A stretch of DNA of 63,680 nucleotides, filler included, from 14 parts of 14 records of this genome joined end to end with filler, not necessarily neighbours in it; one strand, 5' to 3'; shown: positions 21,402 to 33,971, counted from the first letter of the whole stretch. The notes: generated from the letters alone by a model not told the origin. A program made the numbers and translations.

Positions 21402-22166
21402 TCATGAATCCTTCTGCACGGTCACCACGCCTGCTGCCATCAGGCCTGCGAGCGATTGGGGCTCCGGTGGTAGCGCCGGGACCGCACCCGCGGCCTCTAG
21501 ATCTCGATAGGCCCCTTTGACGGCCTGAGCGACGGCTGCAGCAATCGGTTCCGCCGCCTCGGCCCCAAAGTGAATCCCGTCCGCGGCAACCACTGCGACT
21601 GCTGAAAGATCCACATGACGCAAACCGTCCTCCTCGCACGCGGCTGCCAGCGCCGCAATCGTCTCTCGCGATCTTTTGTCGCAATCCGCAAATCCCCACT
21701 TGACGTTAGCCGCCGAATCTCGGAGCGCCGGTGGCGACACCACCACCACCGCGGGTGGGCAGCCTGGGTGCGGCCCGGTGGAGCTGGAGCGCACATCGGC
21801 CACCAGCGCGCGCAGGCCGCTGACAACGTCGTGGGGTCCGAAGTAGTGTTTCTGCTTGAGGTCGTTGCAGCCGAGGGCCAGCACAAACACCGAGACCGGC
21901 TTGTGGCTGTGCAGGCAGGGCAGCAGGTATCGCCGGCCGTTGAGCCCCTCCGGCATCAGCATCGCCTCCGAGCCGGCCGGGTCGTCGAGCACGGTTGTTC
22001 GCCCATTCAGCCCTTCAGGGACCACCAGGAAGCCCCGACCGAGCCGCTCCCCGAGCACCGTGGTCCAACGGTTGCCGTACGCCAGCCTTCGGCCGGAGCC
22101 GTCCGCGCCGTCCACCCCGTACGTGTTGGAGTCGCCAAAACAGAGCACGACCGCCGGGTCTGCCAT
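21402..22166 (-). CDS. SGNH/GDSL hydrolase (arylesterase-like)
   Basis: CFGDSNTYG, EGLNGRTT, LGCND and DGIH catalytic blocks; intronless. Confidence 0.85.
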   Translation of the reverse strand: MADPAVVLCFGDSNTYGVDGADGSGRRLAYGNRWTTVLGERLGRGFLVVPEGLNGRTTVLDDPAGSEAMLMPEGLNGRRYLLPCLHSHKPVSVFVLALGCNDLKQKHYFGPHDVVSGLRALVADVRSSSTGPHPGCPPAVVVVSPPALRDSAANVKWGFADCDKRSRETIAALAAACEEDGLRHVDLSAVAVVAADGIHFGAEAAEPIAAAVAQAVKGAYRDLEAAGAVPALPPEPQSLAGLMAAGVVTVQKDS

Positions 22167-22234
22167 CAGCGGTGCGTTTCCCGCTTCTTGCGGAGACTCT
22201 AGTTTTATATTTGGAAAATTAGCCAACTTCAGCG

Positions 22235-22891
22235 ATGGAGCCGACCCTGTTCGGCGACGGTCGCGAGCTCGATTTGGGCGACTGGATCAAGGTGGCTCGC
22301 TCCGCTGCCGGGCTGGCCGACCTCGGGGCCGCAGAAAGTGCGCGCCGACTCGGACCGCGTCGCCGAGAGTCCGCGGCCCGCCTCGACTGGAGGGCTGACA
22401 GGTAGGCAGGCACCTTCAACCGGATCACCGGCCGGGCCGAGCCAACCCAGCAGCCCGACGGTGCGGCCGACCGGAGGCCTCGGCTCATCCGGGGCAGCGG
22501 CCAGCCTGGTCTCCTCCTGGCTCAATCCGACCCTGGACGAGCAACTGCCGGCGCCCGGGCCGCCGCGGGTGTCCGAGCAGGAACCGGACTCGCGGTGGAG
22601 CGCCCAGTTCAGCAGGGAAGTGCAGGCCAGCAAGCGGCGAGCCCCCCGGCCCGAGGGCCCGGCCCGACCCACTCGGCTGTCGATTCTGCGCGCGGGCAGC
22701 CAGGGTCGGCCCGAAGAGGTGGGTAGCAGGCCCATGGGCCACCAGCCGGCCACAGGAGACTGTGCCACGGAGCGAGCTGGCCCCGGCGTGCGACCCGGGC
22801 CGGGCGATCGAGAGCCGGCACAAGGTGCCTGTGGGCCGGTCGACGGGCGGGATTGGGACGTCAGGCGCTTAAGGAGCTCCGGAGGGAGCGG
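22235..22891 (+). CDS. Hypothetical protein, 5' fragment
   Basis: MEPTLFGDGRELDLGDWIK|KVRADSD... via a short GT-AG intron; runs into the linker. Confidence 0.4.
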
Positions 22892-23047
22892 NNNNNNNNN
22901 NNNNNNNNNNNNNNNNNNNNNNNNNNNNNNNNNNNTTAATTAATTAANNNNNNNNNNNNNNNNNNNNNNNNNNNNNNNNNNNNNNNNNNNNTGCTTTATA
23001 ACAGTTCTAACGCCATCAAGGTACATACGGTAGGGGGTGTAGCCGCA

Positions 23048-25149
23048 ATGCAACGGATCGTGGCACCCAACAGCATGGCCGAGTACACCACCAGCCGAGG
23101 CAGCCACGTGGTGGTGCCGGCCGGCGACCACGGGGCCCGACTGCAGCGTTGGGTGTCTCGGGCCTTCCGGGATAGCCTGCTCTCGGCAGGCGATTCCCGC
23201 TCGCAGGCCTGCCTCGCCGCCGGGCAGGGCCGGCTGCTGGTGAACGGGGCGGTGGCCGCTGGCCGGGCTGAGCTGACGGCCGGAGATGTGGTAACACTGC
23301 TCCCGCCGGGGCCGTCGAGCGAGCCACCTGAGCCGCGGGCCGGGAAGCGGCGCCGGATGGTCGTGGAGCCGAGTGAGGCGGCGACCGGGCCGGAACTCAG
23401 CCGGAGCTTTATGTCGTATTACGAGGCCCAGCGGCTGTGCAGCCCGGAGAGCTGGCGGCTGGTGGCCGAGCAGTTCCGGTTGGGGCTGCCAATGACCGCC
23501 CGGCTGAATCGGAGCTCTCCGCTGCATGAGCGCACGTCGGCCGGTCTGGAGGGCGATCGCTGGCTGGCGGGGCGGTGCGGGGTCGTACTGCAAGGGGAGA
23601 ACGGAGGGCGGCTGCTGGCTGGCGGACAGGGGACCGGGGAGCTGGTGCAGCAGGAGCTCACCTCGATGCTGCCTGTTGAGCTGCTGATGCAACCCGACGA
23701 GCCAGTGGCTGCAGTGCTCGACCTTTGCTGCGCTCCCGGCTCTAAGACGGCCCAGCTGATCGATAGGATTGCCGGCTCGGAGACCGTGCTGCTGGCCAAT
23801 GACATAGAGCCGCTCAGGGCCGAGAGGGCCCTCCGACGGGCCTGGCTGCAACCGGACAGCACCCGGGTCGCCGTGACGGCCAGTGACGCTGCGCATTGGA
23901 CAGCCCCTGTGCTGGCAGGCCGGCCAATGTCGTTCGACCGGATTCTGGCGGACGTGCCCTGCTCCGGTGCCCCGTGCCCGGTTGGGCTGAGCGTTTGCGC
24001 TAGGCGACGGGACGTTTCGGAAGTCTCCGGATAAAGTCGATCGTTGGACCGTCAAGCCGTCGCTCTCCAATCACCCTGTGCAACTGGCCATCCTTACGAG
24101 AGCGATCCAGCTGCTCTGCCCCGGCGGTGCCCGGTGTGCTGGGCCGGGCTGAGCCGCTGGCAGGCCGGCTGGTGTACTCTACCTGCAGCCTGAATCCGAT
24201 CGAGTGCGAGGCTGTTATCTTGGCCGCTCTCGAGGCATACCCTCAAGCCCAGCTGATCCCAGCTCTGCCGCTGCTCACACCAGCAGTTCCAACGGCCATG
24301 CGCGGCTGCCTGCACCCGGGGCTGACCAGCTGGCGTGTGCCTCGCCCTCAGTTTGGCGAGTTAGAGCCCGACGAGAGATGGGCGCTTGCCCCTGATCCTC
24401 CTGAGCAAGCCTGCCATCTCCTCTCGACGATGTTCCCCGCGGGCGCTCGCCAGCCTGACCTCGCAAGCTGCGTGCGCGTGCTCCCGAGCCAGCCCGGGGC
24501 TCCGTGCGGCGGCTTCTTCCTGGCCTGCCTGACAGTCACTGCGAGCTCGCCGCTGCCGGCCGCCGGGCCGTCTGGGCCGGGATTCCGCCCGTTGGCAGAG
24601 ACTGACCCCACGGCCGAGGCTGAGATCCGCGCCATGTTTGGTCTAGACTCAAACGCGGCGCGGCTGGCCCGGTGCGGGGAGGGTGGCGGGCTGGTGCTAC
24701 TTGTGTCGGAGCAGCTACTCGCTCTCAGCCTCGGCGGGCAGCTGGTGGGGGGCGGGCTTCCAGCGTTTGCGGCGATTCCCGCAGGGGCACCCGGATGGGA
24801 AGCCGCCGCCACGCGCTGGATGGTGTGCCAGCCGGCGGCGGAGCTGCTAGCCCGAGTGGCCTGTCGGAGGGTGATTCGTGTGGATGGGGTGGCGTGGCGG
24901 AGGATACTTGATGTACGATCGGTCGGTGTGCAGCGCATGATAGATGCCGGCCAGCTTCGCGGATGGGAGAGCTGCCAGTGTGCTGGCGAATGGCAGCTCG
25001 GGGCGGTGGTTGCTGTGGGGGAGCACGGTTGTTGTGTTGCAGCCTTGCTAGAGCAAGAGCCGGGTGCTGCTTACGAGCTGCAGCTCACGCTATTAGCGAG
25101 TACGGAAGTCTTGGCGCGATTCGCCGAGATTGCTAAACAGGCCATGTAG
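23048..25149 (+). CDS. S4-domain + NOL1/NOP2/Sun (NSUN2-like) RNA m5C methyltransferase, 2 introns
   Basis: VLDLCCAPGSKT, LLAND, FDRILADVPCSG|DG, RLVYSTCSLNP; N-terminal S4-like SRSQ...GRLLVNG...GDVVTL. Confidence 0.85.
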
Positions 25150-25428
25150 ACCCAGAGTCTGGCCCGTGGGAGGAGCTACGGGAGGGAGAGGAGGCTCAGG
25201 GCATGTGTACGGGGTTTGAGAGCGACGCCGGACGCGGGCCGACTCTTGGCCACGTCCACGCTTAGTTGTACGACTCGGTAATTAAATTCATTAAATATGT
25301 GGTCAATCATAACAACCATTGAATCCGTCCTTATCAAATGACTGCTGTGTCGATGGGTCACACCTGAACTTGGACTAATATTAATCAACATTCGTAACAT
25401 TCCCGAGCTCGACACGTGTCAGGCCCTA

Positions 25429-26817
25429 CTAGCAGACTGTCTGCACTAGCGTGTGCCCGGCCCCTGTCAGCAGATCCTGCAGCCGCCGCACTCCATTTAT
25501 CAGGTACAACGGTCGGCCACTCTCGTCCAGCACGAGCTTTGGCCGCTCTCGCCGCGCCAGCACCAACGGCAATCCGTTAACTCTCTCGACTACAGGCCCG
25601 TAGGCGATACCGGCTTGGCCAGGGGCTGAGTGCCAGTGGACACCGTCTTGCGACCAGGCGTGCCGGCCGCTGTTGATGCTGTAGAGGTTCATGCCTGGGT
25701 TAACCGATTATTTCCTTATTAGGAAAGGCGGGTTAACACACCGTGCGCCAGTAAATGGAACCCGCGCGCCGTTTTGAATAAATAAGCGTCTTCTGCGTGT
25801 GAGTGCAGGCTGTTGTACCCAAACACCGGGCCTGCTGCAACGTCCACCACAAACGGCCCGTCCAGGCTGCAACGGCATAGCTTAACAGTTAACACACCTT
25901 CCTAATTAGGCAATCTAGCTCAACACCTGGCCGCCCGGCCCACCAGCACGTACTCCTCGCCCAGCCGATCCGATGATGTCGTGCAGTGCGAGGTAACAGC
26001 CATCATCGCCGTCCCGTCCTCCAGAATCAGCGGACTTGGGTTCGAATTATGCAAACTGCACCACCTGCCGGCTGCCGTTAGATTCCGTTACCGTTGAATC
26101 CCGCACCAGCCGGGCCGGGCCGACTTGTTGGATAGCTCAAAGCTAACGGGCAGCTCGCTTTCCCAACTGACGGCCTCGACTCTTCGGGTGAACCGGCGCA
26201 TGTTGCTGGCGCCGGTGCAGGCCTGTGTTGACTGGTTATTCCCGTATTAGGTAACGGTCACCGGTGCCCTTGGGAACGGCGGGTCCCGAGTCTGGTTGTT
26301 GCAGCGCTGATAGCCGTTGCTGGCACATCCGTTGTAAACCATCAGCGAGACGTTGCCCCCATGCTCAATCGCCTCAGGGTTATGCGCCTCGGGGCCCAGC
26401 ACCTATCCGTTAGATTCCGTTAAACCCCTTTAAACTGCCCCCCGGGGGCACCGCCGACTCGAGCGCCCACTGGCCGGCTGCTGGCGGCCCGGTCAGCTTC
26501 CCAACGTACGAATTGGTCTGCCAGTACTTCAACGGACATCCACCGGCGATCAGGCTCAGGTACACCCCGCCGTCCTTAACAGATGTGGTCTTGCGTTGGC
26601 CGTCCAGCAACGGCGCCCCGCCCCACGAGGACAGCGACTGGTTCCAGTAGCCCGGAAGCGGCGAGGTCACCGGGCAGAGCCGTAACGAGCCGCAGCTAGG
26701 ACCGGTCCAGCCCGGGTCGCAACGGCATTTGCCGTTGGCCGGCGCCCCGTTGAGGGAGCACTCCAGGGCCCCGAGCGCCCCGCAGCAGAGGACAACAAGC
26801 CCCCAGATCCGGCACAT
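25429..26817 (-). CDS. Secreted EGF-like + GH43-like beta-propeller glycosidase, 5 introns
   Basis: CSLNG...CRCDPGWTGPSC; SSWGG; AHNPE; NSNPSP; AEDAYLF; RERPKL. Introns 26403-26451, 26223-26261, 26065-26106, 25867-25926, 25695-25741 restore a single frame. Confidence 0.75.
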
Positions 26818-27210
26818 CAGATGTCCCCCGAACACCAACGGCACGCTAACGGAAAGTCAGTTAGTTGGGGAGATTGCAGGCCAGGGCCGGAAGCAACCAC
26901 GAGCAACGCCGCCGCACGGGAGACAGAGAGCACGAGCAAGATGACGATGNNNNNNNNNNNNNNNNNNNNNNNNNNNNNNNNNNNNNNNNNNNNTTAATTA
27001 ATTAANNNNNNNNNNNNNNNNNNNNNNNNNNNNNNNNNNNNNNNNNNNNAGCATCCAAAGACTGACTTGATTATGTATACATTATGTCAATGATAAAATA
27101 ATTAAAATCAACGACTTAACTAGTTACTTGAAGATACTGTTGTATATTGTTGTACAATGTCCATTGTAACTAATTGATCATGTGCCTAGTCAATAGAGAG
27201 AGGCCACTGA

Positions 27211-28263
27211 TCATACTTTGGTAGGCGATTGCGTGGCTGAGTGAGCCTCTTGACAAGAAGATTCCATCTCCTGCGCTTTATCCTTGCTGCTACTCGATTT
27301 TGATCCTTTCAGCTCATTATCAAAGGCGACAAGCGTCTCATGATCAACAAAGTAAAGCACGAATGCCATCCCAATCAGGCCCACGCCCAAGTAAAATGGC
27401 CGGTTGACAGCAGTCCCAAATAAGACCCATGAAGCCCCAGTTGTCACCAACAGGGACGCTGCAGTGGCAAACCTGTTAGTGATATTATCGCAGTATTTGA
27501 GCACAAAGCTGACGGCCTGGCCCATCAACGCAGAGCACATGATGACAGACCAGGTCATAGAATCAAACCCGTGGAAGAAGGATGCTGTTCTGCGCTCAAC
27601 CGTCGAGCGGTAGAGGAATTGGGCCGCACAGAACAGCACTGAGAAGGCATACAGCTGCAGGTTCTGCCAGTGGGTCGAGTCGGCCGAGCCCTTGAGCAGG
27701 AATTCGTTGTACACGCCCGCCATCCCAGACAAGCACGACAGCCCGAGCATGATCAGTACCCCGGTCACGAACCCGCTCGCATAGCTGGACCCGCCCGTCT
27801 CGAGCGTGGCCACCATCTGGCCTAGCATCAGCACCCCTAGCCCGATCCACTGAACCAGTCGCAATGGCTTCCGAAGGAAGACGCGGTACAGCAGCCCGGT
27901 CACGATGATCTTGATGTTGTTGAGCAGCTGGTAGGTAGGCGCGTCTAGATAGGACAGCCCGATGAAGACCAGGTTGTTGTGCACCGCGTACAGCAGAGCA
28001 GGGATGGCGTACCGCAGGCATTTATGATCCAACGTCACCTTGGTCCCGGCTGGGTCCTCGGCCCGGGCGCGCAGCAGCAGCGTGCAGGCTATCAGCGCCT
28101 TGGCGAACTCTGTCATCAGCACTGCGCAGTTGGGATCGTATTGGTAGCCGGAGCCGCCGGCTTTGGAGGCGGTGATCAGCAGGCTCTGGCAAGAATACAG
28201 CACCATCATAACGCCCATGAGCGTGAGTTTGAACCACCCACCCACCGGCTGCGGGGTCGGCAT
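27211..28263 (-). CDS. Nucleotide-sugar transporter (SLC35A / CMP-sialic acid/UDP-Gal type)
   Basis: YAIPALLYAVHNNL, TYQLLNNIKI, AGVYNEFLLK, QNLQLY, LKYCDNI; multiple TM segments. Confidence 0.9.
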   Translation of the reverse strand: MPTPQPVGGWFKLTLMGVMMVLYSCQSLLITASKAGGSGYQYDPNCAVLMTEFAKALIACTLLLRARAEDPAGTKVTLDHKCLRYAIPALLYAVHNNLVFIGLSYLDAPTYQLLNNIKIIVTGLLYRVFLRKPLRLVQWIGLGVLMLGQMVATLETGGSSYASGFVTGVLIMLGLSCLSGMAGVYNEFLLKGSADSTHWQNLQLYAFSVLFCAAQFLYRSTVERRTASFFHGFDSMTWSVIMCSALMGQAVSFVLKYCDNITNRFATAASLLVTTGASWVLFGTAVNRPFYLGVGLIGMAFVLYFVDHETLVAFDNELKGSKSSSSKDKAQEMESSCQEAHSATQSPTKV

Positions 28264-28401
28264 CTTGTTCCGTCGGTGTTGTTCGCTTGTGCTGAGCCGG
28301 GTCCGCTTGTGCAGAGCCAGCGTGCGACCTGTCACCTAGCCCCCCAAATTGATGAACGCCAACTGAAAACGGCACCGGCTCTGCAGCCACTGTGGAAGCG
28401 C

Positions 28402-31077
28402 ATGCAGGCTGCCGCCGCCGCAGCAGCCGCCGCCACTGTGGCAGTGCTGGCAGCAGTGATCGGGTCGCTCCTGGACGCGCCACCGAACCACTGCAGAGAT
28501 CCGCCGGACCGGGACGCCTTCAGCGCCGTGTACAGCCAGCGCGGATACCGGCTGATGCGGTTCGAGGCCCAACAGACCGGGGCGGCCCGAGCGGTGCTGC
28601 TCTTCGTACACGGCCACGCCGGCTCGTACCGCCAGGGCCGTACCATCGCTTCGCTGCTCGGGCCGGAGCGAGTGGCCATGTACGCGGTGGACTTCGGTGA
28701 TGAGTGGAGCGCGCTGTCCGAGCTGACGCTGCAGCGACAGGCGACCGCGCGCCCGGCCGCTGGCTGAGAGCAGGGGGCAGGCCAGGTCCGCTCCGTCTAG
28801 CCGGTGAGCGGCCCCAGTGATGGCGGGGATAGGTTTGTAAGGGACTGCACGCAAGTGATCGCCCGGGCGGTGGGGCCCGGCGCCGGAGGGGTGCTGCTAG
28901 GCCACTCAATGGGCGGTGTGGTTGCGATGGCCAGCTTGCTTCTGCCCGGGTTTAGGCTCAGATGGTCCGGACTAGTGACGCTCGGGACCCCGCACCGGGC
29001 TCCGGTGTTTCCAGTGAGCCATGGGATGCTCAATTTGTATGCCAAGCTGCACCAGGCCCAGGCCGACGGCCGCTTTGGCTCAATCCCAGTGATTTCAATC
29101 AGCGGCGGGGCCCGGGACCTGCTGGTTCGGTCCGACTTGACACAGCTGGGTAGCAGCACGCTGGCTGACGATCTGCAGGGCCTATCGGTGCCAACTGTTG
29201 ATGTGGCTGGGCTATGGCAGACAGTGGACCATCGGTCAGGCTAAGGCCTGCTCCAAGCTGAGCTCCCGGCAGGTGCTTGCTCTGGTGCGAGCAGCTGGTG
29301 CTGCCCCTGTGCCAACTGCTTCGACAATGCCTGTCCAGCCCAGGGCTCTCCCCCAAAGCTACGCTCAAGGCGGCTCGGAACCAACTGTTAAGCCATGCGC
29401 CAGATCCTGTACTGTCGGACGTGATAGCCGAGCCATCAGAGTGCAGTACACTCGAGCAGTCCAGTTGGAACTGGCAGCCTGGGCCTGGCTGCGGCAGCCT
29501 GTGCTGCTTTCGATGGCCACTGGCTAATTTCAAGCACACAGAGCGCACCACCATTGCCATCACAAGCTCTATTCGAGAGCTAATTGTTCTCGGGGTAGAC
29601 GGTTCCGGCTTAGTGACTCGCCTGCCGCTCCAGCCTGTGAGACAGCCAGCCACTAGTCACAGTGCCGAGGCGGCTTTCACAATGTTAGTGCTCAACAGCA
29701 CGGCGCAGCTCGATCGACTAGTGCTCATATCGTCTGGAGCCGGCTGGGCCCGAGGTGCCGAGCAGTGGACCTCACGCAGGCCGACACTGAGTCTTGGTCG
29801 CAGGTGAGCTGACTCAGTGGCACCAGCTAGAGCTGAAAGCTGATAACAGCTGGCGCACTCTGCTGGCTCTAGGATTATTAATTCCAGCCGACTCTGCACC
29901 TGTTCTGTTCGTGGACCTGCCTTCCCTTCACCGCTGGATTGCACTACAGCTGACGTTCAAACCTGTTGATCCCACCAAGGCTGTTCGCAGCGTGGTGCTA
30001 CATTCACCGCCTGGTTCCTGCCAGCAACAAATCGGCAGCTCAAAAACTTGCTTCCTTGGTCCATCTGAGCCTCGTGAAAAGCTGACACTCCTCCCATCAG
30101 GTTGCACCTGCAGCTGATCTGACAATTGCTGAGTGATACTCTCTCAGGATCGGGCGAACACCTGTACTTTTCGTTCCAAGTCTTGCTGACACTCGGCTAC
30201 ATGTTGCATGCCCTGGGCCCTGTGGTTCTCTCGTTTGCGGTCCTCTGCTGCATGCTATGGATTGTAGTCGAAGGCACCAGCCTTTATGCCTCCAATAGCA
30301 TGTTAGCCACCGCACTCGTTGCACTCGGTCCTCTGATGGTTTGGCTCTTGACTGGGGCGACATGGCTTCGCTCTGATAGGTGCCATCACATTGCCAGAGA
30401 CGATTGTTTACCATATGTGGCAGATCAGCTAGCTCGTTTGAGGCCATAACTGGAGAGCCACTATCGATCTGGGTCGGTTGCTTGGTTTGGTTGCTGGCCT
30501 GTAGTTTTGCAGCAATGTCTCTCTGCATCTGGCAGCTAGTTTGTAGCATCCTTGGTATTGGCTACTTCCTGATAGCTCGCTCCTGTATGCACTTGCCGAG
30601 CTTCCAGAAGCCACATCTTGTGCTTGCATGGAGTGTGGGTCTATTGCTGATGCCTCTTACCACCTGTTGGGTACTCCTTGGGTCGACTATGCTCATAGAT
30701 GCCTCGCAACCGAATGCATGCCCTCAGATACGTGCGCTGCTGTTCGCCTATGCAGTAGCAATGGCATTCCAAACGCTGACACATATAGCTGCTCGTGACA
30801 CTGAATGGTCAACATGGTCGTCTACACTTTGTTTCACGACGCCAATTGGTGAGCTCTGAAGTAGTCCTAGAAGGTTCCAACTAAAGCTGTGCCAGGTGCT
30901 CATTTGATCTGCTTATGTCGGCAAGATTGCCGTCATCTACAAAACACTTCGCTTTCGGGGCTATGCGCAGTTTCCTATGCATTATTCTATGGCCCACACC
31001 TTGTCCCCAGAGTCCTTGATGCCACAACTTGTATGGCTGTTGTTTCCTTAGCCTCAAATCTGTGGAACCGTTGGTGA
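28402..31077 (+). CDS. PGAP1: GPI inositol-deacylase (PGAP1/BST1), multi-exon
   Basis: LFVHGHAGSYRQGR, VDFGDE, GHSMGG, TLGTPH, SISGG.RD.LV, VDHR|CLLWCEQL; C-terminal TMs; includes 5-nt micro-exon 28781-28785. Confidence 0.85.
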
Positions 31078-31344
31078 AGGTGGAGCTCATTCGCATCAAT
31101 ATTTCCGATGAACTGACAATGATTGCATGAATTCACTGATGTCCAGATAACCTTGTCAGACAAACTAACTAATAAGTCTGACTATCTCCATGTACCGGTA
31201 TTGCATAACTAAAGCACATTTGAATTACGTTTTTAACACATTTTNNNNNNNNNNNNNNNNNNNNNNNNNNNNNNNNNNNNNNNNNNNNTTAATTAATTAA
31301 NNNNNNNNNNNNNNNNNNNNNNNNNNNNNNNNNNNNNNNNNNNN

Positions 31345-31850
31345 AGGCGCAGGAGGAGCTGGACGCGTATGTGCTGATGAGTCTTGGGGTACAAGCGCAC
31401 CAGCTGAGATGTCTCATAGAACCCGGGGCAAGGTCGAATCTCTCTCAAGTGCGATTCAGGGTAGTCCAAGAGATCCTGCTAAAGACTCCCATTGTCTTCT
31501 TTGCTGGCAGTGCAAGTCTCCCCAGGTCTGAGCGATGTGACGTGGCGTTGCGATCTGTGGCTAGAGTAATGCTGGAGCACCCGTCTATTTTTCTTCGAGT
31601 CGAGGGACACACAGACCCTGCAGAGGTACAATCAAGTCGGGCTGCCAAGCAACTTTCTTGGGCGCGGGCAGAAGCTGCGTGTATAAAACTCTCCACAGTG
31701 GCAGGAGTAGACCAGCAGCGGCTTGAATGTGTCGGGGAGGGCTGCAGCTGTGCTTACCCTCAAGGGACGCGGAATAACCGGCGTATTGAGTTCCATATCA
31801 TTCAATGCGAGGAGGAGGATGATGATGAAAGAAGCATAGTAAAGTTATGA
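31345..31850 (+). CDS. OmpA-C-like domain protein, 3' fragment
   Basis: LRVEGHTD, LSWARAEA, G.G, NNRRIEF. Confidence 0.75.
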
Positions 31851-32061
31851 TACATTGTTCTAATTACCGGCTTCAAGGTTACCATGCTGGCGGTTGTATT
31901 GTAAACACACAAATACTGCACTGTAACAATTGCACGATATTTTTAATATATTTTTAATATGTCGATTACTCTGATTCCTTTGATATTTTTGGTTGTACAA
32001 TATAGCCAAGCATCTTGAGTGACTATAGAGTGAGCAACGAATCGTCAAGGCCTCGTCATGA

Positions 32062-33875
32062 TCAAGGCCCCCCTTGGATCTCGCTAGGGTTCCTGCTTTT
32101 TGCTTGCGCCGAGGCTGCTGATACCGGTGTGACCGGCCGCTCGGGCAGCCACTGTGTCAATAGCGGAGGACCATCTTCGCTGGCGTTGCGCTCATCCTCA
32201 TCGGGTGCCCATTGATTGCTGAAGAAATTTGCGCTAGCATTCAGCGGGGTGGTCTCACCGCTGGCGCCATCCGCCTCGCCAGCCCAGCGACTTGCAGCGG
32301 TGCCGTGCGGTAAAAGGGGTTCGCTCGCCTTCTCGCGTGCAGCCTTCTGATCGGCAATGTATTTCTGGTCCCTTTGCAGGGCCGCAGGATCAACTTCGAC
32401 CTTGAACATCGGTCCGAATCCGACTCCATCGACGAGGTCCCTGCTGAGCTTGCCCTTGCTTTCCAAGTCGTACTCGAGCTCACCCTCCGGTTTCTCAGCG
32501 AAGTCGCTCGGCTGCCCCGAAGCCGATCAGGCCAGGCACCAGCCTGGCAGCTCACCACGTAGCTTTGGCTGATATACCCACCTTTGAGCCATCCGGCCTG
32601 CACGAGCTATCAGCGCCAGCCTAAGTTAGCTAGTGACCCGAAGGAGCTGGAGCGCCACTGCACCGCCGCACGACATGGAATCTTCGAGCGCTAGCTTCTC
32701 AACTTGGCTCAAAGAGTCAGGTCGGAGCCGGTCCAGGCAGCACTTGGAACAGCAACACTGCACCGTCCAGCTGAGCCCCGACACCCACCCGCCGCACCCG
32801 CTCGGTGCACTGGGAGCTGACCATGTGTGCCGTACCATAGGGCACGCTCACCATCTCGACACACTGCCCCGTGCCTCAGCCGGCTTCTGGCCGGGCCAAA
32901 CCTGTTGGCTCCATTGCCTAAAGTCGAGAGGATTCTTCAGCTGCCGATAACTCCCACCTGGGAACCGACTGTGCGGTCCACTCGGCTCCACCCAGCTCTG
33001 CCGGGCAGCGTGCAGCCGGGCCGTGTCTATGGAGGTTTTCCAGATCTCGCGTGTTTCGTCCCATTTGGGCTGGAAGCCTTCAAGCTCTACTGGTAGGCTC
33101 GGCTGCGGCCCGTCCGGACGGTCCATATTGAGATCCCCGGCCCGCTCGAGCAGCCCAGCCCAATCATACCCTGCCAGCCTTCCGGGGCCGGCCGGGTGGG
33201 GCGGGACCGCCCGGCATGTCGAATGAAGATCTATCCCCGAGGTCCCTCTCGCCCAGCTTGCGGAGGTTTCGCGGGATCGGCTTCGTGGTCCCATCCGACC
33301 GACGCGACTCGCCCTGGCACCCATCAAGACGCCCCGACCGCACCCAGCACCGGCATCGGCGGGCGCCGGATCGGCCTGCCCCCAACTGTTAGAACGGGAG
33401 GCCACGACTGGGAGGCGCACCTCCAGTAGACCTCGCCGCCTTGAGCCAACACCGTCCGTATCACCATTTCAAGCGGCCGGGCGATGCAAGCCGGCGCGAC
33501 GGACTCGAGCAAGTGCGGCCTGCCCCCCCCGGTGATCCGGCGGCCGGGCGGGTCGGGTCTAGAATTACGCTTCGAGCTCGATCATGATACTGCCCCCCGA
33601 AGGTTGGGTCGGCGCAAGGGCCGGGGTCGCACTGTCGGCCGTTGAGGTTCTTGGCCGGGACCATGGAGGCGCCGTGGTAGATCAGTCCGACGTGGTCGAA
33701 CCGGCAACAAGAGAGGCATTTGATGCACCGCACCCTGCAGCTCGAGTTGTTGGCGAACAATAGCACGTCCCCCGGCCTTGTCTGTCTGAGCAACTCCTTC
33801 AAGGAAACCGGCTCCCTGCCGGCCGCTTCGAGCCTGCCCCGCCCCCCGCGCGCACCCGGGGGAGTCGGCTGCCAT
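32062..33875 (-). CDS. Permuted papain-like (YiiX/NlpC-P60-like) domain protein, multi-exon
   Basis: RPGDVLLF...FDHVGLI near the N-terminus and a distal SCGGAVA..L..AGWL; exon structure approximate. Confidence 0.5.
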
Positions 33876-33971
33876 GGAGTTACAACCACGCGCGGGCTTC
33901 ACGCTCGAGATGACACCCTGGCCTGACGTCCCAAGTCCCGATATGTTCTCATTCACAAAAGGAAACTTCAG

